Source: Heptranchias perlo (lineage: Eukaryota). Taken from it: a DNA stretch of 64,000 nucleotides. The notes beneath the pieces are model-generated. The model had not been told where the DNA came from. It saw nothing but the letters and a program-made list of their open reading frames with translations, and ran no database searches. Of the stretch, positions 13,900-26,989 are shown in pieces. The stretch is taken from contig NC_090340.1 in assembly GCF_035084215.1 (NCBI RefSeq), positions 3,100,001-3,164,000 of the forward strand, in the 5' to 3' direction. Position 1 is the first letter of the stretch; each line of letters begins with the position of its first letter. The translations under genes were made by a program, and so were the position numbers.

Positions 13900-14560
13900 G
13901 AGACAGGTTTATTGAAGCCATTCTTTCAGCAGGGTTTGTAATTAACCACGGGGCAAAGAGAGTGAAGAGGGACACTTTGAGCAATAACATCCAGTTCAAA
14001 TTATCCTCTCCAACGAGTTTGAAGGACTATCTTCCTGTGGATAGCATTATGACTCATACCAGGTTCATCAAATGGACGTTAACAGCATCAATGACAGGAA
14101 ATGGCTCAAGGGGTAGATTATCAAATTAGATCGGATGCAGCAATAATCCGAAAAACGCAGGTTAGTGGAGTAGATATTCTTTATTTTCAGTCCAAACTGA
14201 GAGGCCTGGATACTTTGTTGGCTGCCACGTGGTGGGCAATGGGCATTTTGGAACGGCTGGAAAAGATTCGGGACGAAGAGACGTACCGCCAGCCGCTGTG
14301 CCTATCGTGCAAACCGATCATCTAAGAAAGGAAAGAATTGCTGCAAAAGACTTTGGGAGATTAAGAGACATGCATATGGACAAGACTTCTACACTGATAA
14401 TCTTCAATTTTCACCCCCGCCCTCAAACCAGGTGCGAGATGAGTGAAGGGCAGGAAGGTAAGGAACCTCGGCACATGGCAAAAGGAGGGTGAAGCTTCCT
14501 TGAACAGACACAATATTGCCGTGACCTCTGGAATGTGGTTGATGCAGACAAAACTTAATT
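13900..14560 (+). mobile_element. Very old CR1 ORF1 (SGNH-esterase-like) remnant
   Basis: Translations (ILERLEKIRDEE, PAAVPIVQTDHLRK..KTSTLIIFNFHPRP) loosely match the CR1 ORF1 seen at 51097-51948. Confidence 0.4.
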
Positions 14561-14627
14561 TATTGCTCTTCCCTAATTATCCTGAAAAGAGATCTAAGTC
14601 TCTAACCGCTGTTTTTCTTAGAATTAT

Positions 14628-14880
14628 CGAATCATAGATTGCTACAGCACAGAAGGAGGCCATCCGGACCATCGTGCCTGTGTCGGTTATTTTCAAGAAC
14701 TATCCAATTAGTCCCACTCACATCCTCTTTCTCGATGGCGCTGCAATTTTTTCCCCTTTAAGTGATTATCCAATTCGCCTTTGAAAGTTACGGTTGAATC
14801 TGCATCCAACATCCTTTCGGGCAGTGCATTCCAGATCACAACAAGTCATTGCGAATTTTTTTCCTCCTGTCGCCTCTGGT
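14628..14880 (-). mobile_element. CR1 family A 3' tail, split by the family B LINE; resumes at 18672-19230
   Basis: GAATCATAG..ACAGCACAGAAGGAGGCCAT tail; adjacent CR1 sequence continues after 18672. Confidence 0.75.
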
Positions 14881-14881
14881 T

Positions 14882-17800
14882 CTTATTTTTTATTCGTTCA
14901 TGGGATATGGGCGTCGCCGACGAGGCCGGCATTTATTGCCCATCCCCATTTTCCCTTGAGAAGGTGGTGGTGAGCCGCCTTCTTGAACCGCTGCAGTCCG
15001 TGTGGTGAAGGTTCTCCCACACTGCTGTTAGGAAGGGAGTTCGAGGATTTTGAGCCAGAGACGATGAAGGAACGGCAACATATTCCCAAGTCGGGATGGT
15101 GTGTGACTTGGAGGGGAACGTGCAGGTGGTGTTGTTCCCATGTACCTGCTGCTCTTGTCCTTCTAGGTGGTAGAGGTCGCGGGTTTGGGAGGTGCTGTCG
15201 AAGAAGCCTTGGCGAGTTGCTGCAGTGCATCCTGTGGATGGTACACACTGCAGCCACTGTGCGCCGGTGGTGAAGGGAGTGAATGTTTAGGGTGGTGGAT
15301 GGGGTGCCAATCAAGCGGGCTGCTTTGTCCTGGATGGTGTCGAGCTCTTGAGTGTTGTTGGAGCTGAACTCATCCAGGCAAGTGGAGAGCATTCCATCAC
15401 ACTCCTGACCTGTGCCTTGAAGATGGTGGAAAGGCTTTGGGGAGTCAAGAGGGGAGTCACTCGCCGCACAATACCCAGCCTCTGACCTGCTCTTGTAGCC
15501 ACAGTATTTATATGGCTGGTCCAGTTAAGTTTCTCGTCCATGGTGAACCCTAGGATGTTGATGGTGGGGAATTCGGCGATGGTAATTCCGTCGAATGTCA
15601 TGGGGAGGTGGTTAGACTCTCTCTTCTTAGAGATGGTCATTGCCTGGCAAATGTCTGGCGCGAACGTTATTACCACTTCTGAGCTCAACCCTGGATGTTG
15701 TCTAGGTTTTGCTGGATGCGGGCTCGGACTGCGTAATTATCTGAGTTGTTGCGAATGTAGCAGAGCACTGTGCAATCATCAGCGAACATCCCCATTTCTG
15801 GCCTTATGATGGAGGGAAGGTCATTGATGCAGCAGCTGAAGATGCTTTGGCCGAGGACACTGCCATGAGGAACTCCTGCAGCAATGTCCTGGTGCTTGGA
15901 TGATTGGCCACCAACAACCACTACCATCTTCCTTTGTGCTAGGTATGACACCAGCCACTGGAGAGTTTTCGCCCTGAATATCATTGACTTCAATTTTACT
16001 AAAGCTCCTTGGTGCCACACTCGGTCAAATGCTGTCTTGATGTCAAGGGCAGTCACTCTCACCTCACCTCTGGAATTCAGCTCCTTTGTCCATGTTTGGA
16101 CCAAGGCTGTAATGAGGTCTGGAGCCGAGTGGTCCTTGCGGAACCCAAAATGAACATCTGTGAGCAGATTATTGGTCAGCAAGTGCCGCTTGATAGCACT
16201 GTCGAGGACACCTTCCATCACTTTGCTGATGATTGAGAGTAGCCTGATGCGGCGGCTATTGGCCGGATTGGAATTGTCCTGCTTTTTATGGACAGGACAT
16301 ACCTGTGCAATTTTCCACAATGTCGGGTAGATGCCAGTGTTGTAGCGGTACTGGAACAGCTTGGCTGGAGGCGCAGCTAGTTCTGCAGCACAAGCCTTCA
16401 GCACTCCAGCCGGATTGTTGTCGGCGCACATAGCCTTTGCTGTATCCAGTGCACTCATCTGTTTCTTGATATTACGTGGAGTCAATCGAATTGGTCCAAA
16501 GACTGGCTTCTGTGATGGTAGGGATATCGGGAGGTGTCGAGATGGATCATCCACTCGGCAATTCTGGCTGAAGATGGTTGCAAACGCTTCAGACTTGTTT
16601 TTTTTCACTCACATGCTGGACTCCGCCATCATTGAGGATGGGGATTTTTACAGAGCCTCCTCCTCCCGTTAGTTGTTTAAATGCCCACCACCATTCACGA
16701 CTGGATGTGGCAGGACTCTGGAGCTTTGATCTGATCCGTTGGTTTTGGAATCGCTTAGCTCTGTCTATATCATGTTGCTTCTGCTGTTTAGCATGCATGT
16801 AGTCCTGGGTTGTTGCTTCACTAGTTTGGCACCTCCGTTTTAGGTACGCCTGGTGCTGCTCCTGGCATGCTCTTCTACACTCCTCATTGAATCTGGGTTG
16901 ATCCCCTCGCTTGATGGTAATGGTAGAGTGAGGAATATGCCGTGCCAAGAGGTTACAGATTGTGCTGGAATACAATTCTCCTGCTGCTGATGGCCCGCAG
17001 CGCCTCAAGGATGCCCAGTTTTGAGCTGCAAGATCTGTTCTGAATCTATCCCATTTAGCACAGTGGTAGTGCCACACAACACGTTGGATGGTGTCCTTAG
17101 TGCGAAGACGGGACTTTACCTCCACGAGGACTTTGCAGTGGTCACTCCTACCAATACTGTCATGGACTGATGCATCTGCGACAGGTAGATTGGTGAGGAC
17201 GAGGTCAAGTAAGCTTTTCCCTCGTGTTGGTTCGCTCACCACCTGCCGCAGGTCCATTTGGGCCTCCTTCCAATATCCCCACCATCACAGTGGCTAGTCT
17301 TCAGCCAATTCGATTCACTCCATGATATCAAGAAACGGCTGAGTGCACTGGATACAGCAAAGTCTATGCGCCCCGACAACATCCCTGCTGTCGTGCAGAA
17401 GACTTGTGCTCCACAACTGTTCCAGTACAACTACAACACTGGTATCGAACCGACAGTGTGGAAAATTTCCCAGATATGTCCTGTCCTCAAAAAGCAGGAC
17501 AAATCAAATCCGGCCCATAACCACCCCATCAGTCTACTCCCAATCATCAGCAAAGTGATGGAAAGTGTCGTCGACAGTGCGATGAAGCGAAAATACTCAC
17601 CAAAACCTGCTCACCGATGCTCAGTTTGACTTCCACAAGAACCATTCGGCGACAGGTCTCATTACAGCCTTGGTCCAAACATGGACGAAAGAGCTGAATT
17701 GTGATGTCAGGTGAGAGCGACTGCCCTTGAGATTACGGCAGCATTTGCCTGAGTGTGTCACCGAGGAGAGCGAGTGAAATTGAAGTCAATGGGAATCAGT

Positions 17801-18671
17801 GGGAAAACTTGCCAGTGACTGGAGTCATACCTAGCACCAAGGAATACTGTAATGGTTGCTGGAGGCCAATCATCTCAGCCCCAGGACATTGCTATAGGAG
17901 TTCCTCATGGCTGTGTATTAGGCCCAACCATCTTCAGCTGCTTCATCAATGACCTTCCGTCCATCATAAGGTCAAACATGGGGATGTTCGCTGATGATTG
18001 CACAGTGTTCAGTTCCATTCGGAACCCCTCAGATAAGGAAGCAATCTGTGCCCGGATGCAGCAAGACCTGCACAACATCCAGATTTGGGCTGATAATTTG
18101 CAAGTAACATTCACGCCAGTTAAGTGCCAGGCAATGACCATCTCGAACGAGAGAGAGTCGAACCACCTCCCCTTGACATTCAACGGCATTACCATCACCG
18201 AATCCCCCACAATCAATATCCTGGGGATCACCATTGTCCAAAAACTTAACTGGACCAGAAACATAAATACTATGGCTACACGAGCAGGTCAGAGGCTGGG
18301 TATTCTGCGTGGAATGACTCACTTCCTGACTCCCCATAGCCTTTCCATCATCTACAAGTCACAAGTCAGGAGTGTGATGGAATACTCTCCACTTGCCTGG
18401 ATGAGTGCAGCTCCAACAACACTCAAGAAGCTCGACACCATCCAGGACAAAGCAATCCGCTTGATTGGCACCCCATCCAACACCCTAAACATTCACTCCC
18501 TTCACCACCGGCCCACCGTGGCTGCCGCAGGCCCAGTATAGCAGCTATTTCCTTCAGGTCTCGGCCAGCTCCCTCAGCAGTGGTGCTACTCTTGGTGATG
18601 GACATTGAATTCCCCGACCCATAGTACATGCTGTGCCATTGCTACCTTCACTGCTTCCTCCAAGTGGTGTT
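14882..18671 (-). mobile_element. LINE family B copy (endonuclease + RT), interrupted at 17253-18521 by a plus-strand copied segment
   Basis: Minus ORFs 14898-15392, 15311-15688, 15685-16608, 16589-17257; element resumes at 18522 (CTGCCGCAGGCCCAG). Confidence 0.93.
17253..18521 (+). repeat. 1.27-kb internal LINE-B segment duplicated from 10817-12110
   Basis: Shares private frameshifts/substitutions with 10817-12110 (ATGAAGCGAAAATACTCACC, CAAGAACCATTCGGCG, TGTCCAAAAACTTAACTGGACCAGAAAC); no 3' tail; flanked by CTGCCGCAGG at 17243 and 18522. Confidence 0.85.
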
Positions 18672-19230
18672 TTATGCCAAATTCTTTAAATCTGCGCCTC
18701 TGGATACCCACCCTACTGCCACTGGTAACACTTTCTCCTTATTTACTCAATCAACAACTTTGATGATTTTAACACCTTTATCAAATCTTCCCGTAACTTC
18801 GTCTCTCGAAGGGGAACAATTCCATCTTCTCTAGTCTCTCCACATAATTGAAGTCCCGGATCCCTGGTACACGACACTGGGATCTCTGTAAATCTCCTCT
18901 ACACCCTCTCCAAGACCTTGACATCTTTCCTGAAGTGTGCTGCCCAGAAATGGCCACAATACTACAGCTGGGGCCTAACTGCTGTTTGATAAATGTTTAA
19001 GATAACTTCCTTGTTTTTGTATTCTATGCCTCTATTTATAATGCCAAGGATACCGTAAGCCTTTTTAAAAGCCTTCTCAATTTGTCTTGCCACCTTCAAA
19101 GTTTATGGATGGTCTATGAATGCTGGCCTTGCCAGCGAGGCACACATCCCATGAAGGAAATAATATGCACCCCTACGTCTCTCTGTCCCTGAACCACTTC
19201 TTAAAATTGTGCCATTTAGTTTATATTGTC
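18672..19230 (-). mobile_element. CR1 family A fragment (continuation of 14628-14880)
   Basis: Reverse-complement CR1 C-terminal ORF2 sequence (CCCTCTCCAAGACCTTGACATC..GCCCAGAA..CACAATACT). Confidence 0.75.
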
Positions 19231-20214
19231 TCTCCTCATTCTAAAGAAGAAATGGAATTCTTGTGCTCATCGGGCTGCCATTTTGTGCCCATTCGGGAAT
19301 TTCAGGGTTTGAACCAAACTATGGATCAGCAAGCAGGAATATTTGCCAGCCTTGGATTTGTTTGCACCTTGGCGGCGATCTTGGTGTTGAGGATGTTTGC
19401 ATGACATTGCTGCTCTCGGTGTTGGAGGTCATCTAACGGAATTTTGAATCAAACTTGTTGAGTTGCTGATAGGAATCCTCTAATTGGTAAATACTACTGT
19501 CATTGTGCAGCAATGGATAGTCTGGTGATAGAGCCTCGTGGCAAGGTCATTGAACAACACGCTTTTCTTGGATAGTTCATGGAAATATAAGACAAAGGAA
19601 CAGGCATTGGCCACTCATCCCCTCCAGCCTGTTCCACCTTTCAAGAGATCATGGCTGATCTGTACCCTAAATACATCCAACCGGCTTGCCTCAATATGCC
19701 TTAATACCCGTGGCTACCAAAAATCTATCGATCTCAGATTTAAAATTACTAATTGAGTTAGCGTCTACTGATGTTTGTGGGCGAGAGTTCCACACTTCTG
19801 TCATACTTTGTGTGAAGAAGTGTTTCCCAACTTCTTTCCTGAATGGCCCGGCTCTGATTTTAAGGTAATGCCCCTTGTCCTATACTCCCACACCAGCGGA
19901 AAACGTTTCCCCCATCTACCCTTTAAATTCATTTCAAAATCTTAAATAGCTCAATCTTATCAGCCCTTAACCTTGTATATGCAGGGAATACAAACCTAGT
20001 TTATGTAATCTCTCCTCATAATTTAACCCTTGGAGCCCTGGTAACATTCTGGTGAATCTGCACTGCTCTCTTTCCAAAGCAAACATACCCTTTCTCAGGT
20101 GCGGTGCCCAGAACTGTAGACAGTACTCCATATGGGCTCTGTATTATACCTCCATAGGAGAACGTCCTCCCCTTTATATTCTAGCCCTCTAGATATAAAG
20201 GGCCTTGGTCCGTA

Positions 20215-20368
20215 CAAAATCAAAAGCAAAATATTGCAGATGTTGGAAATCTGAAATAAAATCAGTTCTGATGAAAGGTCTTCGACCTGAAACGTTAACT
20301 CTGTTTCTTTCTCCACAAATGCTGACTGACTTGCTGAGCTTCTCCAGCATTTTCTGTTTTTTTTTCAG
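20215..20368 (+). mobile_element. Short Penelope-derived element inserted in CR1
   Basis: AAAAGCAAAATATTGCAGATGTTGGAAATCTGAAATAAAA...GCTGAGCTTCTCCAGCATTTTCTGTTTT with an internal hammerhead-like core, typical of PLE pseudo-LTR derivatives. Confidence 0.7.
20264..20300 (+). ncRNA. Minimal type I hammerhead ribozyme motif (Penelope-type)
   Basis: AGTT-CTGATGA-A-AGGTC-TTC-GACCT-GAAA-CG-TT-AACT: stem I AGTT/AACT, core CUGAUGA and GAAA, stem II AGGUC/GACCU, palindromic ACGU stem III. Confidence 0.65.
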
Positions 20369-22297
20369 CCGTTCGAAGGTGCGGTGCCCAAAATTGTTTT
20401 CAATATTCCAGATGTGGTCTAATCACGGCTTTGTATAGCTGTAGCACAACTTATTTACATTTATATTCTAGTCCTCCAGATATAAAGGGTAACAATCCAT
20501 TCGCTTGTTTGATTATTTTTTGTACCTGATCAGTACAGTTGAGTGATCTGAGTACATGAACACCGAAATCTCCTTGAACCTTCACTCTTCCTAGCTTTTC
20601 ACCATTTAGAAAAATGCTTAGATCCGTCTTTTTTTGCATCAATATGGTTGAGCTCACGTTGTGTTGAAATCCATCTGCCACAGTTTTGCCCACTCAATTA
20701 ATTCATCAATGTCTCTTTGTAATGTTGTGCTCCCGTCTACAGTACTTCCAATGTGACCTAACTTAGTTTCATCGTCAAACTTGGATATTTGCCTCTCTAT
20801 TGCTTTACCTAAGCCATTAATAAATATAATGATAAGTTGAGGCCCCAGTACAGGTCCTTGTGGGACACCATTACTCATTTCCCCCCAATTCCAGTACATA
20901 CCCATTAACCCTTTACTCTGTCTTCTACCGCCTAACCAATTTCCTAACTAGGTCAAAAATTTGGCTTCAATTCCATGAGCATTAATTTTAGCAAGCAGCC
21001 TCTTATGTGTAACCTTATCGAATACCTTCTCTAAGCCCTTATACCCTGCATCTATATTCATTCACCGTCTACCACTTCAGTTACTTCCTTAAAAAAATCA
21101 GTTCTACGATCAGCTCAAATTTATCTGAGCACTCAGTCACCTTGTCCTTAATTTTAGATTCCAGTAACTTCCCTTGAACAGATGTTAACCTAACAACTCT
21201 ATAATCTCCTGGTTTTGCTCGCCTACCTTTCTTAAATAATGGAGTTATGTTTACAATTTTCCAATCTAAAGGGGCAATTTTTGATTTGAGACAGCTTCGG
21301 AAGATTATGGCTAAAGTAGATATAACAATGAAAAAACAGTAAACCAAGAATCACCAAGTCGCCCATCATCTGTCTCCTCACTGACCCACATGAACACCTG
21401 TTTCCACAAAACCTCAAATTTAAAATGTGCATTGTTCGGCGTAATGCCCTTTTTTCACACCCCAAATATGCGCTCCTGAATGATTATCTAGGATAAAGGT
21501 GTAAATAAGTTCACGTTCTTCTTCTTAATGTTGTTGTCGTCCAACTCTGCAGAATACTTGTGTACTGGAAGAGAGTTTTGGAAATAAGTAGCACCATGCA
21601 ATGATTGTCATCTCCATAAACATTCTCAAAGGAATCCCTACTGGAATGAGTGAACAAGACAGAAGATTACTCACAAACGGGGTAAATCTTTATATTGGGA
21701 TTGTGTGCATTCAGATACAAAAGCCTTTCACTGCCGAGAGAAAAAAAATCATTGGACGATTATTTGTAAAGAATATTGACGGCAGGTGCCATCCAAAATC
21801 GAGACAAACAACAGACTGAACTCCTGCGGGTCGCCTTTGCGCCCAGATGCGAGTCCAGCTTTAGGGGCTTTGTTGACGAACGGAGTAATGAGGATGATTC
21901 CTTTTAATATAACGCACATCCTACCACTGCCTACACGGCCTTCAAAGGACTTTGGAGTTTCCGAAGAATGGAAGATGCTGGCAGTCGCAAGTCCAACAAA
22001 TGCATGAACGTCTCCTAACCCTGCACCCAGGAGTTCAAGGCTATTTCCAACCCAAGACAGGTTCGTGCCTAACCTGTATACTTTCCAGCAGAACTCTTCC
22101 ACCTGTTCAGTGAACAAGAAGACATCGTTTGAAATGAATTGAAAGAAGTGCACATGATGGGCTTAGTTCACATTAGTTTTCTAAATGTACCAAAAATAAT
22201 TTTAATCTCTATATTGCCTCTAAATAGAATCAGTGTGTTCGGCGATGCAGTGTACATTATCCAAGAGTTGGAAGGGGGACAAAATGACGACTGCACA

Positions 22298-24570
22298 TCA
22301 TAAGACCATAAGAGAAAGAAGCAGGAGAATGCCATTAGGCCTGCTCCGCCATCTAATGAGCTGAAGGCTGATCTGATTTTTACCTCAACTCAAATTTCCC
22401 GCCTTTCCCCCATATCCTTCGAAGCCCTTGCTGATCAAATATTTGTCTAACTCAGCCTTGAATATATTCAATGATTCAGCCTCCACAGCTCAAGGAGCAA
22501 AGAATTCCAAAGATTTACGACCCTCTGGAAGAAGAAATTCCTCCTAATTTCCATCTTAAACGGGCGACCCCTTGTTCTGATGCTATGCCCCCTAGTTTTA
22601 GATTCCCCCATGAGGGGTAACATCCTCTCAGCATCTACCATATCGCGTCCCCTCAGAATCTTATATGTTTCAATAAGTTCTCCTCTCATTCTTCTAAACT
22701 CCAATGAGTATAGACCCAACCTGTTCAACCTTTACTTATAAGACAACCCTTCCATACCCGGAATCAACCTAGTGAACCTTCTCTGAACTGCCTCCAATGC
22801 AAGTACGTCCTTCCTTAAATAAGGGCAGCAGAACTGTACGCAGTACTCCAAGTGTGGTCTCACCAGCACCATGTACAGTTGTAGCATGACTTCGCTGCTT
22901 TTATACTCCACCTCCATAGATATAAAGGCCAATTTTCCGTTTGCCTTCCGGATTACCTGCTGCACCTGTATGTTGACTTGTATGTTTCATGTACGAGAAC
23001 ACCCAGATCCCTCTGTACCGCAGCATTTTATAGTATTTCTCCATTAATATAATATTTTGTTTTTTTATTTTTCCTCCAAAAGTGGATGACTTCACACTTT
23101 CCCACATTATATTCCATGTGCCAATATTTTGCCCATTCATTAACCTGCGAATATCCCTTTGCAGAGACTTTGTGTCCTCATCGCCACATGCTTTTCCTCC
23201 TATCTTTGTATCATCCTCAAATTTGGCCACAAGACACTCTGTTCCTTCATCCAAGTCATTCATATATATTGTAAATAGTTAACGCCCCAGCACTGATCCC
23301 TGCGGCACCCCACTAGTCACAGATTGCCATTTTGAGAATGACCCTTTTATCCCGATTCTTTGTTTTCTGTTCGTTAGCCAATCCTCTATACATGCCGGTA
23401 TATTTCCCCCAATACCATGAGCTCTTATCTTATGCAGTAATCTTTTATTTGGCACAATAACGAATGCCTTTTGGAATTCAAATATACTGCATCCATTGGT
23501 TCCCCTTTATCCACCCGGCTCGTTACTTCCGCAAAGAACTCTAATAAATTTGTCAGACATGATTTCCTCTTCATAAAACCACGTTGACTCTCCTTGATTG
23601 CATTATGAGTCTCCAAATGTCCTGCTACTACTTCCTTAATAATGGATTCCAGCATTATCCCAATGACAAATGTTAGGCTAACTCATCAGTTACCTGCTTT
23701 CTGTCTCACTCCCTTCTTGAATAGGCGTGTTACGTTTGCGGTTTTCCAATCCACTGGGAGCTTTCTAGAATCTAGTGAATTCTGGAAGATTACAACCAAT
23801 GCATCCACTATTTCTGTAGCCACTTCCTTTAAGACCCTCGGATGCAAGCCATCAGGTCCCAGGGACTTGTCACCCTTTAGACCCATTAGTTTCCCTACTG
23901 CTTTTTCTCTGGTGATGGTGATTGCTTTTAGTTCCTCCCTCCTCTTTGCCCCTTAATTTTCTACTATTATTGTTATGTTATTCGTGTCTTCTATCTGGTC
24001 AATTCATCTGCCATTTCCTTGTTTTCCATTAATATTTCTCCAGTCTCATCCTCTAAGGGACCAATGTTTATTTAGCTACCCTCTTCTTTTTTATATACTT
24101 GTAGAAGCTTTTACCGTCAGTTTTTATATTTCTTGCTAGTTTACTCTCATGATTTATTTTCTCCCTCTTTATTATTCTTTTAGCCATCGTTTGCTGGTTT
24201 GTAAAGTTTTCTCAATCTTCGGGCTTACCAGTAATTTTTGCCATGTTTATGCGTTTTCTTTTAACCTGATGCCATCCTGTTTCGTTACCCATTACCAGAT
24301 CCAAAATGGCCTGTTTCCTGGTTGGTTCGCTATCGTATTGGTCCAAGAAACAGTCCCGAATACATTGTATGACCTTCTCTTCAGGGTTATTTTTGCCAAT
24401 TTGATTTGTCCAATCTATCTGAAAGTTAAAATCGGCTATGATTATTGCATTACCTTTTTTACAAGCCCCCCTTATTTCCTGAATTTTATTTTGCCCTACA
24501 GTGTAGCTACTTTTAGAGCGCCGATGTACTACTCCCTTCAGTGATTTATTTTCCTTGCTATTTCTTACCT
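22298..24570 (-). mobile_element. CR1 family A LINE, long decayed copy
   Basis: Minus ORFs 22468-22728, 22732-22965, 22901-23263 (KFEDD), 23425-23655, 23686-23886 (GPDGLHPRVLKEVA). Confidence 0.93.
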
Positions 24571-24885
24571 CTCATCATAAAGCAACGATGGTGAGCAGAA
24601 TGAGGTTTCCATTGCTGGGTGTAATTCCTTAGCACAGTATTTCACTTCAATCTACATGGTTGGACATCACGTCCCTCTTTGCCTCCCTGATGTTTATTGC
24701 ACAACTTCTTCCAATGGGAATGTTGCCCCATCAGCCAATACGTTGTCCTTCTGCAAGCCGATCTCGCTTTAAATGGCAACATTTCGTGACAGAAAAATTG
24801 GGTTTACAGACTTTAGATCGACTGAACAGGATTAACCTTTTATGTGGTCTAAATATTGGCATCAGTACTTAAGTATCCATATGTT

Positions 24886-26877
24886 ATTTTTTTTTATTCG
24901 TTCATGGGATGTGAGCGTCGCTGGCGAGGCCAGCATTTTTGCCCATCCCTAATTGCCCTTGAGAAGTTGGTGGTGAGCCGCCTTCTTGAACCGCTGCAGT
25001 CCGTGTGGTGAAGGTTCTCCCACAGTGCTGTTACGAAGGGAGTTCCAGGATTTTGACCCAGCGACAATGAAGGAACGGCGATATATTTCCAAATCGGGAT
25101 GGAGTGTGACTTGCATGGGAACGTGCAGGTGGTGTTGTTCCCATGTACCTGCTGCTCTTGTCCTTCTAGGTGGTAGAGGTCGCGGGTTTGGGAGGTGCTG
25201 TTGACGAAGCCTTGGCGAGTTGCTGCAGTGCATCCTGTGGATGGTGCACACTGCCGCCACAGTGCGCCGGTGGTGAAGTGAGTGAATGTTTAGGGTGGTG
25301 GATGGGGTGCCAATCAAGCGGGCTGCTTTATCTTGGATGGTGTCGAGCTTCTTGAGTGTTGTTGGTGCTGCACTCATCCAGGCAAGTGGAGAGTATTCCA
25401 TCACACACCTGACTTGTGCCTTGTAGATGGTGGAAAGGCTTTGGGGTGTCAGGAGGTGAGTCACTCGTCGCAGAATACCCAGCCTCTGACCTGCTCGAGT
25501 AGCCACAGTATTTATATGGCTGGTCCAGTTAAGTTTCTGGTCAATGGTGACCCCCAGGATGTTGATGGTGGGGGATTCGGCGATGGTAATGCCGTTGAAT
25601 GTCAAGGGGAGGTGGTTAGACTCTCTCTTGGTGGAGATGGTCATTGCCTGGCGCTTATCTGGCGCGAATGTTACTTGCCACTTATGAGGCCAAGACTGGA
25701 TTTTGTCCAGGTCTTGCTGCATGCGGGCTCGGACTCCTTCATTATTTGAGGAGTTGCGAATGGAACTGAACACTGTGCAATCATCAGCGAACATCCCCAT
25801 TTCTGACCTTATGATGGAGGGAAGGTCATTGATGAAGCAGCTGAAGATGGTTGGGCCTAGAACACTGCCCTGGGGAACTCCTGCAACAATGTCCTGGGGC
25901 TGAGATGATTGGCCTCCAACAACCACTACTATCTTCCTTTGTGCTAGGTATGACTACGGCCACTGGAGAGTTTTCCCCCTGATTCGCATTGACTTCAATT
26001 TTACGAGGGCTCCTTGGTGCCACACTCGGTCAAATGCTGCCTTGATGTTAAGGGCAGTCACTCTCACCTCACCTCTGGAATTCAACTCTTTTGTCCATGT
26101 TTGGACCAGGGCTGTAATGAGGTCTGGAGCCGAGTGGTCCTGGCGGAACCCAAACTGAGCATCGGTGAGCAGGTTATTGGTGAGTAAGTGCCGCTTGATA
26201 GCACTGTCGACGACACCTTCCATCACTTTGCTCATGATTGAGAGTAGACTGATGGGGCGGTAATTGGCCGGATTGGATTTGTCCTGCTTTTTGTGAACAG
26301 GACATACCTGGGCAATTTTCCACATTGTCGGGTAGATGTCAGTGTTGTAGCTGTACTGGAACAGCTTGGCTGGAGACGCAGCTCGTTCTGGAGCACAAAT
26401 CTGAAGATGGTTGCAAACGCTTCAGCCTTGTCTTTTGCACTCACGTGCTGGACTCCGCCATCATTGAGAATGGGGATGTTTGCAGAGCCTCCTCCTCCCG
26501 TTAGTTGTTTAATTGTCCACCACCATTCACGACTGGATGTGGCAGGACTGCAGAGCTTTGATCTGATCCGTTGGTTGTGGAATCGCTTAGCTCTGTCTGT
26601 AGCATGTTGCTTCCGCTGTTTGGCATGCATGTTGTTCTGAGTTGTAGCTTCACCAGGTTGGCACCTCATTTTTAGGTACGCCTGGTTCTGCTCCTGGCAT
26701 GCTCTTCTACACTCCTCATTGAACCCGGGCTGATCCCCTGGCTTGTTGGTAATGGTAGAGTGAGGAATATGCCGGGCCATGAGGTTACAGATTGTGCTGG
26801 AATACAATTCTGCTGGGGCTGATGGCCCACAGCGCCTCATGGATGCCCAGTTTTGAGCTGCTAGATCTGTTCTGAAT
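24886..26877 (-). mobile_element. LINE family B, 5'-truncated, internal deletion near 26400
   Basis: Minus ORFs 24949-25926 (325 aa open RT C-terminus), 25954-26325, 26232-26840; poly(T) at 24888. Confidence 0.95.
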
Positions 26878-26989
26878 GATGTTCATCAATAATTTAAGTG
26901 GTGGCCAGAGCCTTTCGGTATCTGCTCTCAGTAGCTGTGCAAATGTTTTTAATTGTGGTCGTCTGTAAGGGGAAGATAGCAAAGTAAAA

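Larger units (their letters stand above)
19580..21320 (-). mobile_element. CR1 family A LINE, decayed RT region
   Basis: Minus ORFs 20451-20693, 20654-20905 (GVPQGPVLGP..KFDD), 21081-21347 (DWKIVNITPLFKKG). Confidence 0.9.

Noticed and set aside
21600-21640. Minus-strand YGDD suggesting a viral RdRp
   Set aside because: Short frame bounded by stops, with no motif A or B context.
25021-25060. CACAGTG heptamers (also ~32649, ~52088) suggesting RSS
   Set aside because: They are part of the family B LINE sequence, have no nonamer at 12/23 spacing and are not adjacent to the V exon.
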